Part shown: positions 28,931-39,987 of the stretch, piece by piece
Numbering within the stretch: position 1 is the stretch's first letter
Layout of the letters: every line of letters starts with the position of its first letter
Source: an uncultured virus (IMG/VR IMGVR_UViG_3300028844_003150)
Lineage: Duplodnaviria; Heunggongvirae; Uroviricota; Caudoviricetes
Virus record (IMG/VR): IMGVR_UViG_3300028844_003150
Span: 1-64,000 of that record
Reading direction: 5' to 3' (one strand)
Length of the DNA: 64,000 nt
Translations under genes and position numbers: made by a program
The notes under the pieces: model-generated
Database searches by the model: none
The model's input: only the letters and a program-made list of their open reading frames with translations
Told to the model about the DNA's origin: nothing

Positions 28931-30372
28931 TGGGATGGAAAGTACGTGACCCGGAAAACAAACAGCCAACTCCGCGCCGAAAAAAGGCAACACCTCTCCC
29001 TTCAAAAAAGAAAAGAATTGGCAGAACGGCGAAGGTTTCCGTCAAGACCAACGCTTTTGAGTTATTCGATGCACCGGGTGTTGCGCCGCTCTACGAAAAC
29101 CAAATAGAGACACGCACACACCTACTAGAAAATCCTTGTACCTATGATGCTTCAGACCCCGGTACTGGTAAAACCAGATCTGAAGTAGAAGCATGGGTCA
29201 TGCAGGTAGCATGGGGAGATGACATTGATACATTCTTCCCAGCAGAATTTACTTATGTAGTAGCCACGGCTGCTAATAGAAAAGCAGCATTCGATTCAGA
29301 TGTAGATATCTACATTACTAATCTGGATGCAGTGACATGGCTCGCCAAGCAACCGAAAAGTTTCTTTGATAAATTTGATGAAGTGGTAGTAGATGAAGCT
29401 ACTGCCTATAAAAATCCACAGAGCCAACGATCTAAAGCTGCCAATAAGGTAGCTGACTTTTTTGATTACAGACGGCTACTGTGCGGTACACCAATGCCGA
29501 AAGGCGTGCTGGATATGTGGATGCAGATGTTTCTTCTGGATCGCGGCCAGCGGCTGGGACAGAGTTACTATAAGTTCCGTAGCCAGATGTGTGATGTGAA
29601 ACAGGTAGGTCCACGTCCTGAACACAGGCAATGGACAGACAAGCCGGATGCAAGCACCACAGTTGCAGGGTTGATAGCTGATATCACCATACGTCACAAG
29701 TTTGAAGACTGTCAGAACATTCCGCCTAACGTACAACGAACGAAGTATTTCGAATTAAGTAAAAAGCATCGCGAACAGTACGAGGAAATGAGACAGCACG
29801 CTATTATTGAGACCGAAGGTCATACGGTAATGGCAACCAATGCTGCTGTACTGGCTAACAAGCTGGTACAGATAGCATCTGGATCTGTTTACTCCCGTGA
29901 AGGAGAAAAAGTACAACTACATCCCGAACGAACCGAGCTAGTCATGGAACTAGTGCAAGAGCGGGAACACAGTATTGTATTCTTTCAATGGGAGCATCAA
30001 TTACACGCATTACGAGAACGAGCTGACAAACTGGGAATTACTTATGAATCAATTTATGGCGCTGTTCCTGACAGAAAACGAGAGAAAATCGTACATGGCT
30101 TTCAAGAAGGGTTGTATCAAGTTCTTTTCCTCCAACCCGAGTCGGCGGCTCATGGACTTACCCTTACGAAAGCTACTGCCTCCATATGGGCGTCCCCGAC
30201 GTATAGGCCGGACATAATGCGGCAGGGTCTTGCCCGTATTTACAGGGCAGGACAGGAATACCTGACCGAAAACATCCGTATCTGTGCGCGTGGTACTGCT
30301 GATGAGCATGTCTTCCAAGTAATGGAAGGCAAGGCTGTACGTATGGATGCATTACTCGGATTCCTTGAGTGA
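28930..30372 (+). CDS. SNF2-like SF2 helicase
   Basis: DPGTGKT, VVDEAT, LCGTPMP, AAHGLTLT, ARIYRAGQ. Confidence 0.9.
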   Translation: MGWKVRDPENKQPTPRRKKATPLPSKKKRIGRTAKVSVKTNAFELFDAPGVAPLYENQIETRTHLLENPCTYDASDPGTGKTRSEVEAWVMQVAWGDDIDTFFPAEFTYVVATAANRKAAFDSDVDIYITNLDAVTWLAKQPKSFFDKFDEVVVDEATAYKNPQSQRSKAANKVADFFDYRRLLCGTPMPKGVLDMWMQMFLLDRGQRLGQSYYKFRSQMCDVKQVGPRPEHRQWTDKPDASTTVAGLIADITIRHKFEDCQNIPPNVQRTKYFELSKKHREQYEEMRQHAIIETEGHTVMATNAAVLANKLVQIASGSVYSREGEKVQLHPERTELVMELVQEREHSIVFFQWEHQLHALRERADKLGITYESIYGAVPDRKREKIVHGFQEGLYQVLFLQPESAAHGLTLTKATASIWASPTYRPDIMRQGLARIYRAGQEYLTENIRICARGTADEHVFQVMEGKAVRMDALLGFLE

Positions 30373-30848
30373 TGGCCACTAAACGACATCTTACTTCTGC
30401 AATGCGCGAAGCTACAGATATAGAGTTCCGTGCATTGTGGCTTCATTTCAATCAACCTCACATGATGACATCACGTTATAAATCGGCATTAACCAGAATA
30501 AAGCGACGCATTAATACAGAGTACAGAGCAAGGGAGAAACAGAATGCTTAAACAGGATTGTATTGCCGTTGTATTCAAGGGCTACGATATGACTCACACC
30601 GCAGTTGTGAATGGAGCGCCGCGAGAAGTATGGCGACACATGATGAGACTGTGGGGTCTTGAGTTAATCACAGCCCGCACACTTTCATGGGACGAACAAA
30701 CTTATGTACAAATTTCTAATAAACCTGAGCGTAGGACTGGTAGTAGCAATCCGAGTTTCCATCCTGCTGCGTAACATCCTTGAGTTGTACAGACCACAAC
30801 AACAACGCCTCTGGAAACGATGAAACACCTACTTCCACCTCCTAAATA

Positions 30849-32744
30849 ATGAAAGTTCCTTTCTTTTTGCAGAAGCGCGGGATCAAACAGATCCTTGGCT
30901 TAGACTGGGAAACTTATTTCGATGTGGAATACACATTGAAAAAAATGAGCACCAGTGAATACATCCGTGACAAACGGTTCAAAGCGCATGGTGTCGGGCT
31001 ACAAAAAAGCACCAACAAGACCGGGCGTTGGATTACTAACAATAAACTCGAATCGGAACTCGGTAAGATTGACTGGAATAGCACAGCTATCCTATGTCAC
31101 CACACCCAGTTTGATGGACTGATCCTGAGCCATCATTTTGGACACAAGCCAGCCTATTACCTAGACACATTGAGCATGGCTCGTGTGTGGATTGACCATA
31201 CAGTGGGGAATTCCTTGGATGACGTTGCCAGCTACTACAGCTTGGGCAATAAGTTAAAAGATGTCCTGATGGCAACCAAGGGCATTCGGGATCTCCCACC
31301 GGCTCTGGAGAAACAACTTGCAGCGTACTGTAAGCAGGACGTACACCTGACGCTGGAGATATTGAATACCATGTGGGAAGAGGGCTTCCCAGAAGATGAG
31401 CTAGACTTGATCGACTTAACGGTGAGGATGTTTACCGAACCAGTATTAAAAGTCGATGAGAAGATGGCTCAGGCGGAGCTGGAGCGTGTCCGGGCACATA
31501 ACCTACGGGTTATCAAGAATACAGCCAGTTACTTCGGCATCCCCCGTAAAATCACAGGGGATGAGCGAATGGAGCAGGCCAGACAGATTTTATCGTCTGA
31601 TCTGAAGCTCAAAACAGCTCTGGAAGGCATGGGGGTTGTAGTCCCCATGAAAACCACCCCCAAGGGCAACGTAAAGCCTGCCTTCGCCAAGAATGACCTC
31701 GCCTTCCTCGAACTACAGATGCACCCGGACAAGCATGTACAGAAGGTCTGTGAAGCCCGTCTGGTGGTTAAATCAACCGTGGAGGAGTCCAAGGCAACGA
31801 AGCTGCTGCTCCATGCCCGCCCTGCCCTGCCTATCTATTTGAACTATGGCAAGGCACATACATACCGCTGGACAGGTGGGGACTCCATGAACCCCCAGAA
31901 TTTCCCCCGAGAAGGCGTCCTCAGACGCTGTATAAAAGCTCCACGCGGCTACAAGCTGGTGGTAGTGGACTCTGGGCAGATCGAAGCACGTGTGGTGGCG
32001 TGGCTGGCAGGACAGTGGGATCTACTGGAAGTCTTTGGCGATCCTAAACGAGATCCGTACTGTGAGTTCGCCACGGAATTATTTGGACATCCAGTCCATA
32101 AGAAAGATAAACGAGAACGATTCGTAGGTAAGGTGGGAGTGCTTGGATTGGGCTTCGGAATGGGGTGGGCGAAATACAAATATACGCTGGCATCCGGTTC
32201 AATGGGTGCCAAGGTTGAGATCACTGATGGGCAATCGCAGGATGCCGTAAACCTGTACAGATACCGGAATGACAAGATCGTTACATTCTGGAAATTCATG
32301 GAATCCATGCTGCACGCCATGGAGAAGGATCAGGTACGGGAGCTGAAAGAGGGTCTGATTACATTCTCATTAGAATCTGTTCAGATGCCAAATGGATTGT
32401 CCCTGTCGTATCCAGAACTCAGACAGAAACGCACCTATGACAATATGGGTGACGGATTCCAGTACTGGAACGGACACAAGTACACCAAAATATATGGAGG
32501 ACTGTTTACAGAGAATCTGACGCAGGCTATAGCTCGAATTATCGTAGCCAATCAGATGCTGGAGATTGCAGAACATTACAGAGTTGTTATGATGACGCAC
32601 GACGAAGCCGTCTATCTAGCACCGACTCGTAAAGCGCAAGCCGCCTTGGATTTCGGACTAGAAATATTCCAGACCAGCAAGGACTGGTATTCCGATATCC
32701 CACTAGCAGCCGAAGGTGGCTATGCAGATGAGTATTCCAAATAA
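30849..32744 (+). CDS. Family A DNA polymerase with 3'-5' exonuclease
   Basis: ExoI LDWETY; motif A VDSGQIEARV; motif B RFVGKVGVLGLGFG; motif C THDE. Confidence 0.92.
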   Translation: MKVPFFLQKRGIKQILGLDWETYFDVEYTLKKMSTSEYIRDKRFKAHGVGLQKSTNKTGRWITNNKLESELGKIDWNSTAILCHHTQFDGLILSHHFGHKPAYYLDTLSMARVWIDHTVGNSLDDVASYYSLGNKLKDVLMATKGIRDLPPALEKQLAAYCKQDVHLTLEILNTMWEEGFPEDELDLIDLTVRMFTEPVLKVDEKMAQAELERVRAHNLRVIKNTASYFGIPRKITGDERMEQARQILSSDLKLKTALEGMGVVVPMKTTPKGNVKPAFAKNDLAFLELQMHPDKHVQKVCEARLVVKSTVEESKATKLLLHARPALPIYLNYGKAHTYRWTGGDSMNPQNFPREGVLRRCIKAPRGYKLVVVDSGQIEARVVAWLAGQWDLLEVFGDPKRDPYCEFATELFGHPVHKKDKRERFVGKVGVLGLGFGMGWAKYKYTLASGSMGAKVEITDGQSQDAVNLYRYRNDKIVTFWKFMESMLHAMEKDQVRELKEGLITFSLESVQMPNGLSLSYPELRQKRTYDNMGDGFQYWNGHKYTKIYGGLFTENLTQAIARIIVANQMLEIAEHYRVVMMTHDEAVYLAPTRKAQAALDFGLEIFQTSKDWYSDIPLAAEGGYADEYSK

Positions 32745-32997
32745 TCTTACTCCTGACCAGTTAACTGAGCAGGTAAGCGATATCGTCCGTGAAATTATCG
32801 ATCACGGATTTATGTCTTCTGTAGTGCAGCTTGAATCCAGAGACATGGTAGTAATAGCAACACAGGGTGACGGTACCGACCAGAACCCGATTGTGCCGCT
32901 GTTTTTCCTGCCCTCTCCGGAGATCATGCTGAGCCTTATTGATCCAGCTACGGGGGACCCAATTTTTAAATTGGCATCGGCCAACTAGAGGTGTAAT

Positions 32998-33378
32998 ATG
33001 ACGAAAGCAATCGGGGAACTGATTGATGATATGCACGACGTACGAGAGCAACGACGAGCGATAGCGAAAGAAGACAAGGTACTGAAAGCGGAATACGACG
33101 AACTGGAACAGAGTTTAATTTCTGCATTGGAAGCCACAGGACAAACCAAGGCCGCTTCCGAAACAGCATCAGCGACAATCAAACATACAGTAGTAGCCGA
33201 CGTTCAGGACTGGGATCGATTCCACGCTTGGATGCGTAAGACCAACCGACTCTACATGCTTGAGCGTCGTCCTTCGCAACTTGCTTTCCGTGAATATCTG
33301 GAAAATGCCCGTGGTGGTAATCCGCCTCCGGGTGTGCAGAAATTTGAACTTACATCAATCTCATTGAGGAATGTATAA
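32998..33378 (+). CDS. Conserved phage replication-module coiled-coil protein
   Basis: V.DWD.F..W......LERR..Q...PPGV pattern; GAGG RBS. Confidence 0.65.
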   Translation: MTKAIGELIDDMHDVREQRRAIAKEDKVLKAEYDELEQSLISALEATGQTKAASETASATIKHTVVADVQDWDRFHAWMRKTNRLYMLERRPSQLAFREYLENARGGNPPPGVQKFELTSISLRNV

Positions 33379-33380
33379 CT

Positions 33381-34102
33381 ATGGCAACACGCAAAAAGGC
33401 TATAGCTCACAAGAGCGGCACAAACCTTCCGGCTAATATCGACAAGCAAATGGAGGAAGAAGCACGCAACATCAACAGTACCATCACTAATGTCGGTAGT
33501 GACCAAATCAAGCTGGACCAAGACAACGGCTTGTTCTTTGAAATTCCCGGTCTTGGCCAAGCTGAACCTCCAATGGAAGTAGTCGTGGTTGACTACATTT
33601 CGTCCAACCAGTTCTACATCGACCCGTATGACAAAAACAATATTGTCCCGCCTGACTGCTGGGCTATTGGCAAGGACATCCGGGCGCTGGCTCCTGATCC
33701 GAATCGGGTGCTGGCAAAGCTTGTCAGAATCGTTTTCTGGTTGCAGTTGTTCCGCCTGATGCAGACGAGGATGAAGAACTGCGTTATCTGAGCATCAGTC
33801 CAATGGGACTAAAGAGCTTCAGTACATTCGTATCGGCAGTGGCAGCACGTTTCAAGAAGCCGCCAGTCGGTGCCATCGTTGAAGTCGGTATCGTGAAGGC
33901 CGGTAAGGGTTTCACTACGTCATTCGGTAAGTTTAAACCGAATCCGAATTATCGCGAGCATTACATGCGTCGTGATGATGCCAAACCAGTACTGGAAGCA
34001 GGCTTTGAAGCTGCTGCCAGTGGCAACACTGACAAGCCTGCACCAAAGCGTAAGGCTGCTCGTAAGAAAGCACCTGCCCGTAAGCGTCAGGCACGGAGGT
34101 GA
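33381..34102 (+). CDS. Single-stranded DNA-binding protein, frameshifted near 33708 (split across track ORFs 33381-33791 and 33803-34102)
   Basis: PPDCWA in the first frame; GKACQNRFLVAV...YLSISPMGLKSF in the second frame; basic C-terminal tail. Confidence 0.65.
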
Positions 34103-34374
34103 GTAAGCCCACACGGGCTGACTCCCACATTCTCAACGCACCAGTAAGGAGTGCAAAAAAAGTTATGGCAAAGAAAATCGATGTGAAGCCACTGCGTGAA
34201 GAAGCCAAGGCTATCCGGGGACGGATGGCTGAGATTCGGCGCAGTCGGACTGAAGCAAACAAGGACCTTCGTGAAGCTCAGAAGGTTGTCACTGGCATTG
34301 ATCGTATGCTGAAGAAAGAAGCTACAGCACTTGGCCGCGTGGTAGCCAAGATCGAGAAAGCCACAGCGAAATGA
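34099..34374 (+). CDS. Basic coiled-coil protein
   Basis: Lys/Arg/Ala-rich, coupled to the preceding gene. Confidence 0.55.
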   Translation: MSKPTRADSHILNAPVRSAKKVMAKKIDVKPLREEAKAIRGRMAEIRRSRTEANKDLREAQKVVTGIDRMLKKEATALGRVVAKIEKATAK

Positions 34375-34545
34375 CTGCGGCCATGAGAACGGTGTTCATG
34401 TTCTCTTTCGGACGTAATGCCCTAATGCCTGAAGATTTCACCGAGCATCCAGTATCGTGGGCGCAGTTTAAAATAGCAATGCGGGAACAACTGCTACTGG
34501 AAACGGTAGCAGTTAATCCCCCCGCAGAGATCGTGGAGTTTAAGA

Positions 34546-34956
34546 ATGCCTAGCAAGCCGGAATCAAGATTCATAGATCGAATCCACCGGAAACTCAACA
34601 AGGACATTTACAAACAAGCCATGGGTCTCACCGCTGTTAATGGCACCCCTGATTATTATTACGAAGGTAATGCCGGTCACATATGGGTGGAATATAAGTG
34701 GTATGACAATAAACCAACTTACGTTGACCTGTGTGATACCGGAAAGAAACCTAACCTAAGCAAGCTGCAGCAGCATTGGTTGAATAGGGCTTATCATAAT
34801 AAACAACCTATTGCTGTTGTAGCTGGCTTTCCTAAAGGATGCCTGATATTCATCAACGACGAATGGAAGATGCACCTTACAGATCCAATCGTAATCGATT
34901 TGTTCACAACGACTGAAGAATCGTGGGTAGACAGCTTGAATGACCTTAACCTATGA
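34546..34956 (+). CDS. VRR-NUC-type endonuclease (putative Holliday junction resolvase)
   Basis: ESRF, GTPD, WVEYK, LSKLQQHW. Confidence 0.8.
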   Translation: MPSKPESRFIDRIHRKLNKDIYKQAMGLTAVNGTPDYYYEGNAGHIWVEYKWYDNKPTYVDLCDTGKKPNLSKLQQHWLNRAYHNKQPIAVVAGFPKGCLIFINDEWKMHLTDPIVIDLFTTTEESWVDSLNDLNL

Positions 34957-35599
34957 AGAAGCCAAAGAAATAACAGGAACACTATCTTACCCATCTAAAA
35001 TGCCATGCCCGTCTTGGGGCATAGATCCAAAGAATTGCGTGACTGGAGCGAAACTCCGGGCACAAAAAGGAACGACCTGCAGTATCTGTTACGCATGTAA
35101 AGGTCATTTCTGTTATCCACTTGTACGACAGAAACAAGCAGAACGTCTACAAGGAACACACGATGGTCGCTGGGTAGAAGCAATGATCGTAATGATTAAA
35201 GCGACATCCTGTAGGCATTTCAGATGGTTTGACTCAGGTGATTTACAAGGCAGTGAACACCTATTACGAATATTCCTTATTGCCCTGCGGATGCCGGATG
35301 TTCAGTTCTGGCTTCCGACACAAGAACACAAGCTGGTACACGAAGCCAAATTTGATTTACCAGCCAACCTGACTATCAGATTGACGAATTACATAATAGA
35401 TCCAATATATCCAGTACGAACAACGTTTCCAACTGCAGAAGTAATTACTTGTAGCAAGGAGGACTGGGATGTTCATACTACTTACAATGATGGTATTCAC
35501 CACTACTGTCCTGCTGATGGCACAGGCGAAAAGAAATGCGGTGCGTGCAGAGCGTGCTGGGATAAATCAATCCAGACAATAATGTACCGGAGAAGCTGA
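34940..35599 (+). CDS. Gp88-like Fe-S (radical-SAM-like) protein
   Basis: SKMP, C.TG..L, CSICYA, FRWFDSGDL, FWLPTQE, CPA...CG.CRACWD. Confidence 0.75.
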   Translation: MTLTYEEAKEITGTLSYPSKMPCPSWGIDPKNCVTGAKLRAQKGTTCSICYACKGHFCYPLVRQKQAERLQGTHDGRWVEAMIVMIKATSCRHFRWFDSGDLQGSEHLLRIFLIALRMPDVQFWLPTQEHKLVHEAKFDLPANLTIRLTNYIIDPIYPVRTTFPTAEVITCSKEDWDVHTTYNDGIHHYCPADGTGEKKCGACRACWDKSIQTIMYRRS

Positions 35600-35700
35600 T
35601 GTACAGGCCGCTATCATGGGAAGAAGTAATATTACTCATCTTAACCATATGGGGCTTATGGATCATATGGGAATGGTGGCACGACGACTAGGAGAAAACA

Positions 35701-37728
35701 GTGCAGACTAACAACGCGCAACGAGAAATTGAGTCAACGTTCGAAGCAAAATCAAGTAAGTTCAGGATTGAGGCATCATCAAAAGCCTTTCAGATCCTGA
35801 GTTCAAATCTATATACAGACAAGCCATTAGCTATTATGCGCGAACTGGCTTGTAATGCACTGGATGCCCACTGGGAAGCTGAGTGTAAAGAACCTTTCCA
35901 GATAATTCTCCCCACCGCATTAAATCCCTCTCTTGAGTTCCATGATTATGGCATAGGCATGTCGCCTGAAAAGATAGGGACACTATTCACTACATTCTTC
36001 GCGTCCGATAAGAACCTGACTAATGCTGTGATAGGTGGTCTGGGGCTAGGATCAAAAACACCGTTCAGTTATACAGATACATTCACACTCGTTTCTTACT
36101 GGGAAGGAATGAAATACACATTCCTGTGCTATATAGACGAGGAAGGTGAACCATCAATACAGGCAGCTGGCGAGCCGGAACCATCTGAAGAACCTCGTGG
36201 AATTCATTACATCATCCCTGTAAAGAACGAAGACTTCAGTACGTTCCGGTATAAAGCGCAAGCTGTTCTGAAATATTTTCCTGAAGATTCCTACACTATC
36301 AACACAGACATCTCACCACAGGACTATGCAATCAAGAATGATATGTATGGACTAAGGGCTAATGCTTCATATGATGAGAAACATATGAATGTGCTGATGG
36401 GGCCAGTTGCATACAAGATGGATAAGGAGGCTTTACCTGAAAAAATACAAAGCCGATTTCGTTCATTACTGCGTGAAAAGCCGATAGATGTATTTTGTAA
36501 TATTGGTGACATCGATATCCAAGCATCAAGGGAAGCATTGTCATATGACAAAAGATCCCAAAAGAAGATCGAAGTTGTACTGCAGGCAGTCAAAGACCGT
36601 ATCAAGGATGATATGGAAAAGGAACTGGTTAATTGCTCCACGTATCTGGAAGCATGTGCAAAGGCTACGGAACTATCATCCGACTTCAGCTTTAACATCG
36701 ATAGTATGTACTGGCGCGGGACCAAGCTGACAACAGATTTTGCCGGAGAAGAATGTGACATAGTTTCCTCTGGTTCACTTACGGCTAATAATCAGTTACG
36801 ACTTAACTATTCCAGATACCACAGCTTGAATGCACAACGCATTATGGAAGCCAAGATCATGCTATATGATCCTTCCATACCTATGAGCAACCATAAATTA
36901 AAACATTACTTGCTGGAGAATCCATCAATTAATGTGGTTGTGTTTCGTAATGAAACCAAGATGCTCAACTGGATGTGGAGATTACAACTGTTCGATCATT
37001 CATTGGTAGAAGATCTGCCAATGCCACCTGAGAAGGAACTGGAAAGAACTACCAAGGGTACACGCCGTAAGACGGCACCAGTTAAGTTAAAGATCAGAAC
37101 TGGTTTCAATGAATGGGAAGCAGCCACCAAGACAATTGAAGAAATAAATGAACTGGAGAATGCGTGCTGGGCACCATTATCCGGTGGCGGCTACGAACCG
37201 TGGGCAAAAGACACACACGCTGACTTATACAGAGCCGTGTGCAACCTAAGCGGTGACGCTGTAAAGATGGTTGGAATACCCAAGTCCTTAATGCATAAGG
37301 CAAAATCTATTACTCTGCCTTACATAGAAGAATTCGTCCGGTTCAAAATGATTGAATTCATCGATACAGAAGAACGATATAACATGGCTTTTATAGCCAG
37401 ATCTGAACTGAAGTGGATGCCAGAATATGCTCAACATGTCCCGGAAGATTGGCATCATTTGGAAGTATCCCAGTATGCATTGGAGTACAGAAACCTGAGT
37501 GATATGAGGCGACAGTACCGGCATGTATGTGGAGACTTGTTTAAATGGGATATCGATAAGAAATTCAGTCTTATCGAAGAAGCGGAATACAGAAAAAAGT
37601 ACAAAGTATTTCGTGTACTTGACCATATGTATAGTCGCGAAAAGCATCTTATTTCGGATGTACTAGAATTGATCCATGGAGAAAACGATGGCGTACATAA
37701 TCAACAACCAGTCAGTGACAATAATTGA
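35701..37728 (+). CDS. rIIA: rIIA-like protein (GHKL/HSP90-like ATPase N-terminus)
   Basis: LSSNLY, RELACNALDAH, DYGIGMS, GGLGLGSKTPFSYTD, SREALSYD. Confidence 0.85.
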   Translation: MQTNNAQREIESTFEAKSSKFRIEASSKAFQILSSNLYTDKPLAIMRELACNALDAHWEAECKEPFQIILPTALNPSLEFHDYGIGMSPEKIGTLFTTFFASDKNLTNAVIGGLGLGSKTPFSYTDTFTLVSYWEGMKYTFLCYIDEEGEPSIQAAGEPEPSEEPRGIHYIIPVKNEDFSTFRYKAQAVLKYFPEDSYTINTDISPQDYAIKNDMYGLRANASYDEKHMNVLMGPVAYKMDKEALPEKIQSRFRSLLREKPIDVFCNIGDIDIQASREALSYDKRSQKKIEVVLQAVKDRIKDDMEKELVNCSTYLEACAKATELSSDFSFNIDSMYWRGTKLTTDFAGEECDIVSSGSLTANNQLRLNYSRYHSLNAQRIMEAKIMLYDPSIPMSNHKLKHYLLENPSINVVVFRNETKMLNWMWRLQLFDHSLVEDLPMPPEKELERTTKGTRRKTAPVKLKIRTGFNEWEAATKTIEEINELENACWAPLSGGGYEPWAKDTHADLYRAVCNLSGDAVKMVGIPKSLMHKAKSITLPYIEEFVRFKMIEFIDTEERYNMAFIARSELKWMPEYAQHVPEDWHHLEVSQYALEYRNLSDMRRQYRHVCGDLFKWDIDKKFSLIEEAEYRKKYKVFRVLDHMYSREKHLISDVLELIHGENDGVHNQQPVSDNN

Positions 37729-38434
37729 GAACAATGCGATAGCTACTTGTTCACTGATTGATTTCGAATTTGCAGAAGAAGTGCTGGCTGCATTGCGGCG
37801 CGGAGATGAGCAAACAGCACTGGCTATCATCAACAAGGAACGCGCCATCAAGGACTGGGTTAATGATGAAGACACCATGATGGTGAAAGATCGTGACATC
37901 TTCTTCCGTGAATCTGGAGTTGAAGAATGGAGACCAGTTCACAACGCACTAATTGATCGTATCGTTGACATGCGCGATCAGGGATTTGATCCAGAACCGA
38001 TGATTAAGTTCCTGTTCAACATCAACCAGAATCCATCAGAAGATTCTAAACAGGAACTGTATGGTTTCCTCGAAACAAATAAGTTACCAGTTACCATTGA
38101 TGGGCATTTCCTAGCGTATAAGAAAGTCCGTGAGAATTTCATGGATTGTCATTCGGGTAGGTTTGATAACAGTCCCGGTAAGACAGTGGAGATGCCACGG
38201 CACGAAGTCGATGCAGATCGTACTCGTACCTGTTCACGCGGACTACATGTTTGTTCCGGTGGATACCTAAACCACTTCGGTGGTTCCCGTACCATGCTTA
38301 TCAAAGTACACCCGAAAGATGTTGTATCTGTTCCTACAGATTACAAGAACAGCAAGATGCGGTGCTGCAAGTATTACGTTGTTAAAGAACTCAATCATGA
38401 AGATGTTGAGAAGGTAGCTGTTTATGTTAGTTAA
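37688..38434 (+). CDS. rIIB: rIIB-like protein
   Basis: NPS....ELYGFL, DGHFLAYKKV, DNSPG..VEMPR..VD, CSRGLHV, VHPKDVVSVPTDY, KMRCCKY. Confidence 0.9.
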   Translation: MAYIINNQSVTIIENNAIATCSLIDFEFAEEVLAALRRGDEQTALAIINKERAIKDWVNDEDTMMVKDRDIFFRESGVEEWRPVHNALIDRIVDMRDQGFDPEPMIKFLFNINQNPSEDSKQELYGFLETNKLPVTIDGHFLAYKKVRENFMDCHSGRFDNSPGKTVEMPRHEVDADRTRTCSRGLHVCSGGYLNHFGGSRTMLIKVHPKDVVSVPTDYKNSKMRCCKYYVVKELNHEDVEKVAVYVS

Positions 38435-38849
38435 CAAGATAAACTGGATTGTCCCACGGGAAACACCGGAGGACATGTTACTTTTCATAGACAAGAACCT
38501 TGATAGCGCACGGTTTCTTATTGGTATGTTTATACCGGAAGGTTCTCGTTTTACAACTCCAGAATATCATATCCTTGAAGGTTATTTCTGCGACGGCTGG
38601 CGTACTGGAGAATTACGACTCAGAACCAGAGCAAATGCTCACCATTATCCAATACCGTATTACGGACTGGATCACATTGAATTTATTATCCCTAATACGA
38701 AACGAGATATGAAAACCAGTAAGAACTTCTGGATAAAACCCGGAGCGTTAAAACGCATGGTAGACATACCAGATCGCTGGCATTGGAGTGATTTTAAATT
38801 ATGGGTAAAACACCACCCGCACATAGAAGAGGAACAATTGCATGGCTAA
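38424..38849 (+). CDS. Hypothetical protein
   Basis: 141-aa ORF overlapping both neighbours. Confidence 0.5.
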   Translation: MLVNKINWIVPRETPEDMLLFIDKNLDSARFLIGMFIPEGSRFTTPEYHILEGYFCDGWRTGELRLRTRANAHHYPIPYYGLDHIEFIIPNTKRDMKTSKNFWIKPGALKRMVDIPDRWHWSDFKLWVKHHPHIEEEQLHG

Positions 38850-39663
38850 CAGAGAACTAAAAGCGAATTTAATGCTTCACTGTGGTGGACACCAAGTGGA
38901 GTACGAAGAACTGCAAATGGTGAAGACGCCGGAGCCGGAAGGTATCTGGAATCCAGTTCCTCATCCTGTCATTTTCCAGACTATGATGGATACCCTGTTG
39001 AGTACCGGGTACCAGATCAAGCAAGCTGTACATGCCGTATCAGCCAAGGGTGCTAATTACTTCGGACTGGTACAGGTCGATGCAGACTATCTCGATACCG
39101 ATGAATATGGATTGGTAGTCGGTTTCCGTAACTCCCATAACAAGAGCTTCTCAGCCAGCATGGTTGCCGGTGCACAGGTATTTATCTGTGACAATCTGGC
39201 TTTTAGCGGTGAGATTAATTTCAAGCACAAGCACACCACGAACGTAATGGATAAGCTGCCGGGTCTATTTGCTGAAGGTGTGGGTAAACTGAACGGGATG
39301 TATATGCACCAAGAGGTGCGTTACGAGGCTTACAAGGCCCACCAGCTCGATGATAACAGGGCTGAACGACTAATCGTTGATATGTACCGTAGCGGGTACA
39401 TTATGACGCAGGAAGTAGGCAAGATCATCAATGTCTATGACTCCCCCTCGCATGAAGAATACGGACAGGGAACTGCATGGACGTTGTTCAACTCCGCTAC
39501 AGAAGCGGTCAAGGGGAAGCTCGGACGTTTACCGAAGTCCACGATGGGTTTCCATTCTATACTTGATGGAGAATGTGTCGAGGAACTGAATGAACAAGCA
39601 CAAGTACATCAGCAACAACATGCTGGCAACGCTGCGAGCGTTGTCGGGGAAGAAGCCGCTTAA
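38842..39663 (+). CDS. DUF932-like protein
   Basis: PVPH, GFRNSHNKS, VFICDNLAF, KHT, TAWTLFN..TE. Confidence 0.75.
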   Translation: MANRELKANLMLHCGGHQVEYEELQMVKTPEPEGIWNPVPHPVIFQTMMDTLLSTGYQIKQAVHAVSAKGANYFGLVQVDADYLDTDEYGLVVGFRNSHNKSFSASMVAGAQVFICDNLAFSGEINFKHKHTTNVMDKLPGLFAEGVGKLNGMYMHQEVRYEAYKAHQLDDNRAERLIVDMYRSGYIMTQEVGKIINVYDSPSHEEYGQGTAWTLFNSATEAVKGKLGRLPKSTMGFHSILDGECVEELNEQAQVHQQQHAGNAASVVGEEAA

Positions 39664-39987
39664 ACTGAAAGGGTGTCATACCCTGACAGTTTCAGCACTC
39701 ATGGCCCGTGGAGCCGTTAAACTCCATCCACGACCCGGTTTCATACAAGTCGAACTTACAGATTCAGGTATCGATCTGTTGAACTGGGCGGAGCACGCGA
39801 AGTTGCGTGATTATAGAACCGAAGCATTACCAACTGTGCAGGAGTTCAAGCACAAAAAACCTACCCGTGAAGCCGGAGTATAGATACGGCTTGTTACTGG
39901 TTCCCGCCCTTATTATTGCAATAAGGAAATTCTATCGACGACAACGACTCAACTTGATAACGAAAGACGAACTTGGAGAAATACAGC

